Positions 28,163 through 36,880 of a stretch of DNA of 64,000 bases are shown piece after piece (positions within the stretch are counted from its first letter, which is position 1; each line of letters begins with the position of its first letter). The DNA comes from Candidatus Hodarchaeota archaeon (GTDB lineage: Archaea; Asgardarchaeota; Heimdallarchaeia; Hodarchaeales; Hodarchaeaceae). The DNA lies in the NCBI GenBank assembly GCA_029856365.1, contig JAHQWW010000007.1, positions 5,778 to 69,777 of the forward strand, written 5' to 3'. The notes below the pieces were generated by a model. It made no database searches. It saw nothing but the letters and a program-made list of their open reading frames with translations, and was not told the DNA's origin. Both the position numbers and the translations under genes were made by a program.

Positions 28163-28693
28163 ATGAGCTTCTTAATCAGCTCTCAGCGAACGTTCGAACG
28201 TGATGCTCTTTCTGAAGCCTATTATGTAATTTCAGATGTTCTCGGATATAAAGTTCATCCATTAAAATCTCGTGTACCAGGTTTAGCAATTTTACGATTA
28301 AATGAAGAAACCAGTCCATTTAGCATTATTGATGAAATCAGCCAGTATATCCAAAAAAAAGGTCTCCTGGTAGCTTGTCTAAAGATTGTTCCTCTCGAGA
28401 GACTAATGAAAACTAATCTATCAAAAATAGTGGAAAATGCATTTTCTCTTGCAAAAGCAAAGATTCTTCCCACTCATTCATGGAAAGTTCATGTAAAGAA
28501 AAGACAGACAAATCTAAGGACTTTTCAGGTAGTCGAGAAAGTTGCAGAAAAAATTAATTGGGGGGTAGTAGACCTAACGACGCCTGATCTCGAGATCAGA
28601 ATCGAAATTGTAAGAGATTTGACTGGGATATCTGTAATGGAACCACGTTTTGAACTTAGTATGGTTCGTTTATCACATGAAACTTCTAATTAG
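28163..28693 (+). CDS. Stand-alone THUMP-domain protein
   Basis: WKVHVKKRQTNLRTFQVVEKVAEKINWGVVDLTTPDLEIRIEIVRDLTGISV matches the THUMP topology. Confidence 0.6.
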   Translation: MSFLISSQRTFERDALSEAYYVISDVLGYKVHPLKSRVPGLAILRLNEETSPFSIIDEISQYIQKKGLLVACLKIVPLERLMKTNLSKIVENAFSLAKAKILPTHSWKVHVKKRQTNLRTFQVVEKVAEKINWGVVDLTTPDLEIRIEIVRDLTGISVMEPRFELSMVRLSHETSN

Positions 28694-28706
28694 ATGGTTT
28701 AGATTA

Positions 28707-29228
28707 TCATTCTAAAGCTAGCAGAGCAATTTTCTGTAGAATTGCTTTTTCAATTTCAGAAAAAGTGAAATCAGTGGCAAGATATCCATCATCAATAAGT
28801 ATTTTTATTAGATTTTGTTTTTTAGACGAAAAATCATCCAATAAATCGAGGTTTGGTGTTAAACGAAGCTCTTTTTGGAGTTGGATATTGGCATTAATTA
28901 ACGTGTGATCTGTTTCGCCAAGTAACACTCCAACAATATCTTGTGTTGTTTCCTTTACTCCTAAAAGAGCAATAGCCTTTTTAATCTGCCTTTGACCAGC
29001 TACGTAAAGAAGAACTTCGATAGCAAGTGTTTTTGATATCATTCTATCATTTTTCTTAGCATTCAAAGCATGCCAAATTCCAGAGAAAAGATGTTTATAA
29101 CCCCAGATGTATCGATTATCGAACAATTGTGATGCCTCTAAATTATAGCCAGTTGTAATTTGGTTTAAGATACCCCCAATGTTTACAGAGGATGGCTTCA
29201 ACACAAGTAGTGATCCAACAAATACCAA
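28707..29228 (-). CDS. cgi121: KEOPS complex subunit Cgi121
   Basis: HALNAKKNDRMISKTLAIEVLLYVAGQRQIKKAIALLGV is the characteristic Cgi121 core. 173 aa with a TTG start. Confidence 0.65.
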   Translation of the reverse strand: MVFVGSLLVLKPSSVNIGGILNQITTGYNLEASQLFDNRYIWGYKHLFSGIWHALNAKKNDRMISKTLAIEVLLYVAGQRQIKKAIALLGVKETTQDIVGVLLGETDHTLINANIQLQKELRLTPNLDLLDDFSSKKQNLIKILIDDGYLATDFTFSEIEKAILQKIALLALE

Positions 29229-29393
29229 TAAACTAGATCCGTCAACTTTATCAAGAATATATGACTTATGTTGGGTAATCTAAACAACTCTCCATTTGCC
29301 ACGGAGCATAATTCGATGAGTAGATTTTTTTTAACCTTTCTTAATAACATATTATTATCATTGCAGTTCAATTTAAAGTGTTGATAAGATAAG

Positions 29394-29996
29394 ATGGTTA
29401 AGTTTAAAATAGTTAGCTGGCAAGAAATAGACCAGTTAGCACGAAAACTCTTTCATCTAGTCAAAAATGACGAATTTGAACCTGAAATCATATTAGGTAT
29501 AAGTAGAGGGGGTACGATTCCAGCTAGATTATTAAGTGATATGTTCGATGCAGTAATGCCATTTAAGAAGGGAGTAACCACTTCAATATTAGCTTCAATG
29601 CAAATAAAGTTCTATACTGGAATAGCAGAAACCCATACACGTCCTGTAGTAGCACAAGATGTGACTGTGGAAATTCAACAAAGGAAAATATTATTGGTAG
29701 ATGACCTCGTGGATAGTGGCGAAAGTATTCAGTGTGCTCTCGATTATTTGAATTTAAAGAATCCTAAAGAAGTGAAAATTGCAGCCCTTCTCTTTAAACC
29801 TTGGTCTAAGATCATCCCACACTATTATGTAGAAAAAGCTACTGAATGGGTGGTGTTTCCTCATGAATATTATGAATTCATGACCGAACGAACCATTTCA
29901 GAAGGATATGATAAAGCGGAAGCATGGGCAACTTTTATCAAGCTTGGAATCCCCGATTCATCTGTAGCTTTTTTTGTTGAGAACTTTTTACCTTAA
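29394..29996 (+). CDS. Purine (hypoxanthine/xanthine-type) phosphoribosyltransferase
   Basis: PRPP-binding loop ILLVDDLVDSGESI. Size and topology fit the type I PRTase fold. Confidence 0.7.
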   Translation: MVKFKIVSWQEIDQLARKLFHLVKNDEFEPEIILGISRGGTIPARLLSDMFDAVMPFKKGVTTSILASMQIKFYTGIAETHTRPVVAQDVTVEIQQRKILLVDDLVDSGESIQCALDYLNLKNPKEVKIAALLFKPWSKIIPHYYVEKATEWVVFPHEYYEFMTERTISEGYDKAEAWATFIKLGIPDSSVAFFVENFLP

Positions 29997-30107
29997 CAAG
30001 TAAAGACTCTAGTCTTTTACTTGAATGTGGAAAAGTACTTTTGTAGAGGAAAATTCTGGTTGTTCTGACCCAAAAAAACGTTAAAATAGAACATCGTGTT
30101 TATTATG

Positions 30108-32000
30108 CAGTTACTATTAATTCATTCAGATGGATTTAGCTGGAAAGTTAATGATAAAGCAGTGAGTAGCCCTGAAACTTTGACAGATAATATATTGAGG
30201 GAGTATAGTACAGAAAATTCGGTAATGGTTATTTTTATTGGTGTAGAGAAGAGTGACTCCGATAACACTTCTCAATTAATTGATATGGCTATTTTAGAGA
30301 TTCAACAAGCTCTACAAGATGTTAAAGAGAATAATATTATTCTCTATCCCTGGGTTCACTTAGTAAAAACGACCCCAGCAAAACCCAATGACGCTTTACG
30401 TGTTTTACAAACATTACATAAACAATTAAACAATAAATCAGATTTTCACATTGTCCGTGCTCCTTTCGGGTATTATAAAGGTTTCTCGTTACAATGTAAG
30501 GGACATGCTCTAGCAGAACGTTCTAAGGAGATTTTTAGTGAGAAAAGATATGAAAAATCTAAAGAGACAGTTGAAGTAACTACTGCAATTGCGGCAGAAG
30601 ATAAAGTGAAATCCCAGTTCTACATTCTCACTCAGGCTGGTAATGTAATCCCATATGATACGTTTGACTATGGAGAATTGACAGACTTCCAAATATTTGT
30701 TTACTATGAAACAGCCAAAGATAGGGCTGTGAGTTCTCCTCCTAAACACGTCGCATTCATGAAACAACTAGAATTAATCGATTATGAGGAAGGTAGTGAT
30801 GCTGGAAATTTTCGCATTCTTCCTAGAGGATATATTGTCAAACATTTGATTGAAAATCATGTTCTCGAGATGGCAATCAGATATGGAGCTATGGTTGTTG
30901 AAACTCCCCTTATGTATTCCTATGAACATCCTTCTCTCAAAAAATATTTGGAGCGTTTTCCTGCTCGTCAATATATTGTAAAATCTGGTGATAAGGATTA
31001 CTTTCTTAGGTTCTCAGCATGTTTTGGTCAATTTCTAACTTTGTCTGACGCGACAATTAGTTATCGACAGCTTCCTCTGAAAATGTTCGAGATGACCAAT
31101 TCTTTTAGACGTGAGCAACGTGGTGAATTAGCTGGAATCCGTCGTCTCCGTGCATTTACAATGCCTGATTTACACACTGCAGCCATAGACATGCCAATGG
31201 CTAAAAAAGAGTTTGAAGCCCAATTCAAGCTTGCTTTACAGTATATGCGGGATATAGAGGTTAGTTTTGAAACTGCATTTCGTATGACAACCGATTTTTT
31301 TGAGGAGAATAAAGATTGGCTGATTTCTCTCATAAACAATCTAGAAAAACCTATTCTACTCGAGTTGTTCAACACAAGATACGCCTATTTCATTTTAAAA
31401 TTTGAATTCAACATTGTTGACGGCCAACGGAAAGCTGGAGCCTTATCGACAGTCCAAATAGACGTGGAAAATTCAGAGCGATTTGATATCAAATATATTA
31501 ATATCCTTGGGCAAGAAGTACATCCATTATTGTTACATTGTTCCTTATCAGGATCAACTGAGCGTGTGATTTATGGAATCCTCGAGGAGCAAATCAAGCA
31601 AATACAAAAGGGTTTCAAACCCCAACTTCCATTATGGCTCTCACCTGCCCAAGTTCGGATTTTACCACTCACAGAAGTATTTTTACCCTATTCTATAGAG
31701 GTTGCTGAGGAGCTAGAACGGAAAAGCATTCGAGTGGAAATTGATGATCGTGATCTCTCACTTGCAAAGAAAATTCGTGCTGCAGAAAAGCTTTGGACTC
31801 CATTGATTTTTGTAATTGGTGAGAATGAAGTAAATCAGGAAAAAATCAGTGTTCGCTATCGAAAAGAAAATACTCAAGAATTTCAACCCTTAAAAGAAGT
31901 GATAAAATATATTGAGAAACATACTACTGATATGCCATCATTTAATCTAGTTATTCCAAAGTTTGTGTCTCAACAACCCATATTCACTCGTGAGGTCTAA
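30108..32000 (+). CDS. thrS: Threonyl-tRNA synthetase, archaeal type with N-terminal editing domain
   Basis: MQLLLIHSDGFSW archaeal editing-domain start, class II motif 2 FRREQRGELAGIRRLRAFTMPDLH, and a C-terminal anticodon-binding domain. Confidence 0.9.
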   Translation, partial: QLLLIHSDGFSWKVNDKAVSSPETLTDNILREYSTENSVMVIFIGVEKSDSDNTSQLIDMAILEIQQALQDVKENNIILYPWVHLVKTTPAKPNDALRVLQTLHKQLNNKSDFHIVRAPFGYYKGFSLQCKGHALAERSKEIFSEKRYEKSKETVEVTTAIAAEDKVKSQFYILTQAGNVIPYDTFDYGELTDFQIFVYYETAKDRAVSSPPKHVAFMKQLELIDYEEGSDAGNFRILPRGYIVKHLIENHVLEMAIRYGAMVVETPLMYSYEHPSLKKYLERFPARQYIVKSGDKDYFLRFSACFGQFLTLSDATISYRQLPLKMFEMTNSFRREQRGELAGIRRLRAFTMPDLHTAAIDMPMAKKEFEAQFKLALQYMRDIEVSFETAFRMTTDFFEENKDWLISLINNLEKPILLELFNTRYAYFILKFEFNIVDGQRKAGALSTVQIDVENSERFDIKYINILGQEVHPLLLHCSLSGSTERVIYGILEEQIKQIQKGFKPQLPLWLSPAQVRILPLTEVFLPYSIEVAEELERKSIRVEIDDRDLSLAKKIRAAEKLWTPLIFVIGENEVNQEKISVRYRKENTQEFQPLKEVIKYIEKHTTDMPSFNLVIPKFVSQQPIFTREV

Positions 32001-32196
32001 GAAACAGTTTTAATAATCCATACAAATCATCAATCAAATAATAATAACAGGTACTTTGTCTCAGAAATCAACCTTGAGATCTAAATTAGAGCAAAGCATC
32101 ACATAAAGACCTTTAAATTAATCAATCGGCATCAATAATTGCATTTTTTACTATTTAAATGGATTTAAATTAAATAATCTTTGAAAGGGAATACTT

Positions 32197-32745
32197 ATGC
32201 CTACAAAATTGTTTGGTCGAGAGATAGAAAATCAAATAGCATTTGTTGGCCTTGCAAATGCGGGGAAAACTACCTTAGTTAAAAGACTTAAGGGAGACGA
32301 TAATCTAGAAACCGTACCAACAATGGGGATGAATATTGAGACTTTAAAAATTGGTGACATTGAAGTAATGGCTGCAGATCTAGGAGGACAGGCAACATAT
32401 CCGACGAGCTTATGGAAACCATTTGTTTCAGATGCATCAGGTATTGTGTTTGTATTTGATTCTGCAGACAGATCTAAAGTCGAGAATGCGGGAAAGTGGT
32501 TGAAGAACGTCATTCAATGGGCGCCAGAAGATTCTGCATTTCTTTTCTTGGCAAATAAACAAGATTTAACAGAAGCAATGACTCTTGAAAGAATTATTTA
32601 TACATTAGAACTTGAAAAAGAGATGGCTGCAAGACCTAGAACGTTTGCTGTTTATCCTTGTTCTGCATTAACAGGTGATGGGGTCGAGGAACCGTGGCAG
32701 TGGATGAGCGACAGGTTTCGTCATAGAATGTCACAAAAAAAATAG
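32197..32745 (+). CDS. Arf/Arl-like small GTPase
   Basis: GLANAGKTTL (G1), TMGMN (switch I), DLGGQ (G3), ANKQD (G4), CSALTG (G5). There is no Gly2. Confidence 0.8.
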   Translation: MPTKLFGREIENQIAFVGLANAGKTTLVKRLKGDDNLETVPTMGMNIETLKIGDIEVMAADLGGQATYPTSLWKPFVSDASGIVFVFDSADRSKVENAGKWLKNVIQWAPEDSAFLFLANKQDLTEAMTLERIIYTLELEKEMAARPRTFAVYPCSALTGDGVEEPWQWMSDRFRHRMSQKK

Positions 32746-32754
32746 GTGCCCCAT

Positions 32755-33318
32755 ATGAGTTTCCTTTCAAAGCTTCGCGCAAAATTTGCCAAAGAAAAAT
32801 TAACGGTAAAGATCGCGTGGCTGGGTCTTGACCAGGCAGGGAAAACTACATTAGTCAAAAGAATAACATCTGGAGAGTTTAACAGTAGTACTTTCCGAAC
32901 ATTAGGGATGAATGTTGATGAATTTAGTTCGGGAAATGTTCGATTTATTTCTTGGGATATTGGGGGGCAAGAAGCCTTTCGTGAATCTCTTTGGGAAAGC
33001 TATATGGCAGGTAGCATGGGAATCGTATATGTGGTGGATTCAGCCGATAGAGCTCGACTCTCAGAAGCTAAGATGGAATTATGGAAATATGTCCTTGATA
33101 ATGATAAAGTTGAAAACATACCAATTTTAGTCCTTGCTAATAAACAGGATCTTGAAAATGCCGCTTCAGCTGGAGAGGTTGCTCGAGGGCTCAATCTTCA
33201 TAAAGTTACGACACATTCATATGCTATCGTTCCCACGTCTGCCAAAACTGGTTTTAACGTTGAGGAAGGACTTGAATGGCTTCGCCAAAGGGTGACTGAA
33301 AAAATCGATCTCTTATAG
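32755..33318 (+). CDS. Arf/Sar-like small GTPase, tandem paralogue
   Basis: GLDQAGKTTL, TLGMN, SWDIGGQEAFRESLW (Arf-type WDxGGQ interswitch), ANKQD, TSAKTG. Confidence 0.85.
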   Translation: MSFLSKLRAKFAKEKLTVKIAWLGLDQAGKTTLVKRITSGEFNSSTFRTLGMNVDEFSSGNVRFISWDIGGQEAFRESLWESYMAGSMGIVYVVDSADRARLSEAKMELWKYVLDNDKVENIPILVLANKQDLENAASAGEVARGLNLHKVTTHSYAIVPTSAKTGFNVEEGLEWLRQRVTEKIDLL

Positions 33319-33368
33319 TAAAATCTCTATAATATTCTGTTTCTTCATGGTAGATATTCTAAGTTAAT

Positions 33369-34178
33369 CTAACGTTTTTTCTTCATGACTACCTTTTCAG
33401 AAACCTCATTAATCCGGTCACAAAGTGCAAGAAACAGTGCATGTAACCTTTCCAGATTCAAATCTTTGTTAATTCGTGCATAAATACGAATGGATGGATC
33501 ATCAGCAGAATTGACAGAAATTCTAACAACTACTTTTCTAACATTATGAATCAGTTTCAAAAGGTTTTTATCACCGAGAAAGTATGTTCCTGTCCGTTGG
33601 GTGGTCGCTTTAACCAAAAAAAAATCATCAAATCTTTTTACTCCGAGCTCGATGTCTTCAAGTGTAAACAGGAAATCTTGATGTTTTTTTATTTGACCTT
33701 CTTCATGTTTAGGTATGATCTGAATCTTGGTAGGAATTTGAGAACGGATTTCTCCCTTTTTTGAGTTTGCCTCTAGTGCTATATAATCATTTACTCCTGC
33801 AAACCATGAGATGATGACTGATAACATGAGATGCCTTTCTTCTAGGGCAAATACCACACGGAAGTCTTGAAAGGGTATATCATGTGATCTCTTGTACTTG
33901 GGAAGTAACAAACCCCCGTTTGAACTCATTTCATCCATAACAAGATCATCGAATTCGTTTGTAAAGACTTCCAACAATGCTTCTCGTGATAATCGCATAA
34001 TTTTGCGATTTTTTCGTCTTCCAGCCCATAAAAGGTAGAATGTAAAGAATAGAACCGTCCCTGGGCCTAAGAATATTAAAACATAGTCTATCATCCCATA
34101 TCCTTCTTGGAGGAAAAAACGAGGAAAATTTTCTAGAGGAAACTCAAAAAATCCCAAATTCAACATCATTGAACTCAT
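33369..34178 (-). CDS. N-terminally membrane-anchored protein of unknown function
   Basis: One TM helix (VLIFLGPGTVLFFTFYLLW) followed by RRKNRK, then a 220-aa soluble alpha/beta region with no recognisable motif. Confidence 0.45.
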   Translation of the reverse strand: MSSMMLNLGFFEFPLENFPRFFLQEGYGMIDYVLIFLGPGTVLFFTFYLLWAGRRKNRKIMRLSREALLEVFTNEFDDLVMDEMSSNGGLLLPKYKRSHDIPFQDFRVVFALEERHLMLSVIISWFAGVNDYIALEANSKKGEIRSQIPTKIQIIPKHEEGQIKKHQDFLFTLEDIELGVKRFDDFFLVKATTQRTGTYFLGDKNLLKLIHNVRKVVVRISVNSADDPSIRIYARINKDLNLERLHALFLALCDRINEVSEKVVMKKKR

Positions 34179-34307
34179 GGCTCATAATTAGCTTGCAAAT
34201 TTAAATTATTTTTCGTCGGAATCTTGTTTTTAATTTGCATTCTGTAGGAAAATGCTTCAATTCGTTGACGCTTTTCCCCTCAAAATATGTTAAATGACTA
34301 AGGGTTC

Positions 34308-34907
34308 TTAATGCTGTATAAAGCTAGCAATTTCCTTGTATCTGAAGGAATCTTTCCCATTTTCCCCTATAACTTGGTAAAATTGAAAAGCAGCACGACC
34401 AGAAATATCAATCTTGGTAGGTTCAATAACAAGTGCAATAGAAAGAGCATTGTGGAGCTGAAAAGAATAAATATGAGTTTTTATATCTGTTTGAGATAAA
34501 AATAGGCCATATCCAGGATGAGAATGCCACCAACCAAGGCAATAATAGTCATCTTCCAATATATCTTCAAAAACCCTAAAATCTTCTTCAGAAAAAGAAA
34601 CAGATACTTCATCACCTTCAGAAACAAAAATGATTTTTAATATTTCCAATTCTTTGGGACGTAGTTCTTTCCCACCTAACAGACCAATAGCTTCCCTAGG
34701 CATAGATTTTACTGAATATTCAGTTATTTCATCAAGTAATTTTCCTAAGATTGATACTGACTTAACTTGGGGAGATGAAGGAATTTTTAACTTTTCGATT
34801 TCCGCTTGTTTACCAAAAAAGCCCTCTTGTATTTTATTAGTAGTCTTCCCTTCCGTTATTTTATAATTTTCTGCCCTCAATCCTTTTTGTTTATTATTGT
34901 CAGACAT
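34308..34907 (-). CDS. JAB1/MPN/Mov34 (JAMM) metalloprotease, Rpn11/CSN5-like deubiquitinase
   Basis: Catalytic Glu in PREAIGLLGG and the JAMM motif GWWHSHPGYGLFLSQTD. Confidence 0.85.
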   Translation of the reverse strand: MSDNNKQKGLRAENYKITEGKTTNKIQEGFFGKQAEIEKLKIPSSPQVKSVSILGKLLDEITEYSVKSMPREAIGLLGGKELRPKELEILKIIFVSEGDEVSVSFSEEDFRVFEDILEDDYYCLGWWHSHPGYGLFLSQTDIKTHIYSFQLHNALSIALVIEPTKIDISGRAAFQFYQVIGENGKDSFRYKEIASFIQH

Positions 34908-34939
34908 AGATCATCCACAATACCAATTCCACAAGAAGT

Positions 34940-35482
34940 TTACTTTGCATGCTTCTTGGTCCAATCTTCAGCTGTTTCCCAGAATTTATCAAAATTTGTT
35001 TTCATCATCTCTCCAGCTTCAGGATTAAAGGGATCATTTGGATCAACAAGATATTCTGGAAAATCTACATCCCCTGTTGCCTGATAAACATCTAACATCA
35101 TTTCAACATGTTCAAAGACACTGGGCAAAGTTATCGTTTCCTTCCAACCACCAGGTTTCCCTAAGTTATTCCAATTCACAAGACTTAAGCATACATTGGA
35201 GCCCCAGTTCCATTGAGTTTTACCAGTTGCAATATTAGGGTGATATATAGGAGTCAGAAAGTTGATAATTGGAGGTTTAAAGGGATATTCAGAAGGTAAG
35301 TCAAGAGTGATCTCCCATTTACCTCCCTCATAAGGAGTATTTTTCTTTCCTTTAATAGTCGCTTTGTAATGATGAAGGTCATTATTGACTATAGCCCATT
35401 TAATGGGACTTTTTTTCGGTGGATAAGTTTTCAACATCCGTTTGAACTCTTCTCGTAGCCGTCTAGAGTGTAAATCCTGCAC
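34940..35482 (-). CDS. Ubiquitin-conjugating enzyme E2 (UBC fold)
   Basis: YPFKPPIINFLTPIYHPNI (HPN motif), followed by the active-site region NVCLSLV. GTG start. Confidence 0.85.
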   Translation of the reverse strand: MQDLHSRRLREEFKRMLKTYPPKKSPIKWAIVNNDLHHYKATIKGKKNTPYEGGKWEITLDLPSEYPFKPPIINFLTPIYHPNIATGKTQWNWGSNVCLSLVNWNNLGKPGGWKETITLPSVFEHVEMMLDVYQATGDVDFPEYLVDPNDPFNPEAGEMMKTNFDKFWETAEDWTKKHAK

Positions 35483-35703
35483 GATCTTACCATCCTACCA
35501 TTTTTATCATTATATAATCTATGATAAATTATAATTTAATATCATTTAACGCTAAAGATAACTTATAAATTATACAAGGTTGCCGATATTTAAAGCTGTG
35601 GCTAGGAAATGGAAGAAAAGGTGTAGAATAAGCTAGCTTTTTAAGGTCTAAAGACTGACTCATCTTGCACGAACATTCCTCACATAATGGGTGATCAAAA
35701 AAA

Positions 35704-36498
35704 ATGGAGGATACACAAACTGATATTTCTCAATGTAGCGGTTGTGGGGCGCCCCTTCCAATAAGACCAACATATCAACACCCTATAAAGTGTGAATACT
35801 GTGACCTGACAAATTATCTGAAACGGGCCGCTATCACACCAGCAGAAGCACAAATGATGGATGCAGAAGAAGAAGCTGAAAATTATTATCTTATTTACCA
35901 AGAATCACAGAAAATTCTTGAAAATTTTCCTGGGGAATTTGTTGGTGATGAAGTAAGTAAGATAAGGATAAAGATGCAAGTAAAAGAATACGCTTTTCCT
36001 CTCTTTCTTGTGTTGGATGATTTACCTGACCGACCTTACATTGATGGCCCTGCTAAACTTAGAGAAATATTAGATTGTGAAATCAATGATTTAAAAGGAA
36101 TGAAAAACTGGACTCCCGGTTCAGGTTCAGTACTGAGCGTGTTAGAAGAAATTTATCAGAAAGCTGAAGAAGGACTTCCCCGAGTCATGGAAGAACCCGT
36201 TATAGCGTCTTCTGAAGTTTCTTCTATAATTCAAGAAGAACGTGATCCTCTTATACGTCAAATCCTCGCGAATTATGATGCTTCAGCAGATAAAAAAGAG
36301 ATTAATGTAAGATTTTATGCCCAGAATGGTGAAGTCATAAATTTTGTCATTAGGAGAAAAAAGAATTTACCTATAGGTCTTGAAAGTGATATTTTGACTA
36401 AATATCCTCTTATCCGAGGGCCTTTAGAGGATTATGCCAAAGGACGGATTGATATTCTTTCTACACTCTCAGAAATTGAACGTATGTTTTACACTTAA
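35704..36498 (+). CDS. Zinc-ribbon protein with non-catalytic E2-like (RWD/UEV-like) domain(s)
   Basis: CSGCG...CEYC at the N-terminus. The stretch YQESQKILENFPGEF...IRIKMQV...FLVLDDLPDRPYIDGP...VLSVLEEIYQKA follows the RWD/UEV secondary-structure pattern. No HPN or Cys active site was seen. Confidence 0.45.
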   Translation: MEDTQTDISQCSGCGAPLPIRPTYQHPIKCEYCDLTNYLKRAAITPAEAQMMDAEEEAENYYLIYQESQKILENFPGEFVGDEVSKIRIKMQVKEYAFPLFLVLDDLPDRPYIDGPAKLREILDCEINDLKGMKNWTPGSGSVLSVLEEIYQKAEEGLPRVMEEPVIASSEVSSIIQEERDPLIRQILANYDASADKKEINVRFYAQNGEVINFVIRRKKNLPIGLESDILTKYPLIRGPLEDYAKGRIDILSTLSEIERMFYT

Positions 36499-36520
36499 GT
36501 TAATTAAGAAGGTGAAAATT

Positions 36521-36841
36521 ATGAGTAAAAAGGATGTAATTTGGGATTCTACTTCTACAGGAAAAACCCCTGACAGTGGTATTGAAAAAATGATTAAAAT
36601 TCGCTTTAAGGATCCACAACTTCCTCCAGATCAAAATATTCGTGAAAAATACATCAACATTAACGGAACTGTATTTCAAGCAATCACAGCGGCTCGTGAT
36701 GCATTTAATATTCCAGAAGTTGTACCGATCGCTTTATTATTCAAGGGAAGAAGAATGAATCCTTCAAATAATCTTTCTTCCTATGGAATCGAACAAAATG
36801 CAATTCTCATGATAGTTCCAGACCAGATTAAGGGGGGATAA
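36521..36841 (+). CDS. Ubiquitin-like beta-grasp protein ending in Gly-Gly-stop
   Basis: ...ALLFKGRRMNPSNNLSSYGIEQNAILMIVPDQIKGG* parallels the ubiquitin C-terminal half. A GGTGA SD precedes the ATG at 36521. Confidence 0.8.
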   Translation: MSKKDVIWDSTSTGKTPDSGIEKMIKIRFKDPQLPPDQNIREKYININGTVFQAITAARDAFNIPEVVPIALLFKGRRMNPSNNLSSYGIEQNAILMIVPDQIKGG

Positions 36842-36880
36842 TTCCCTCTTATTTTAATTTCAAAAGGAAGATTTCAGAGT

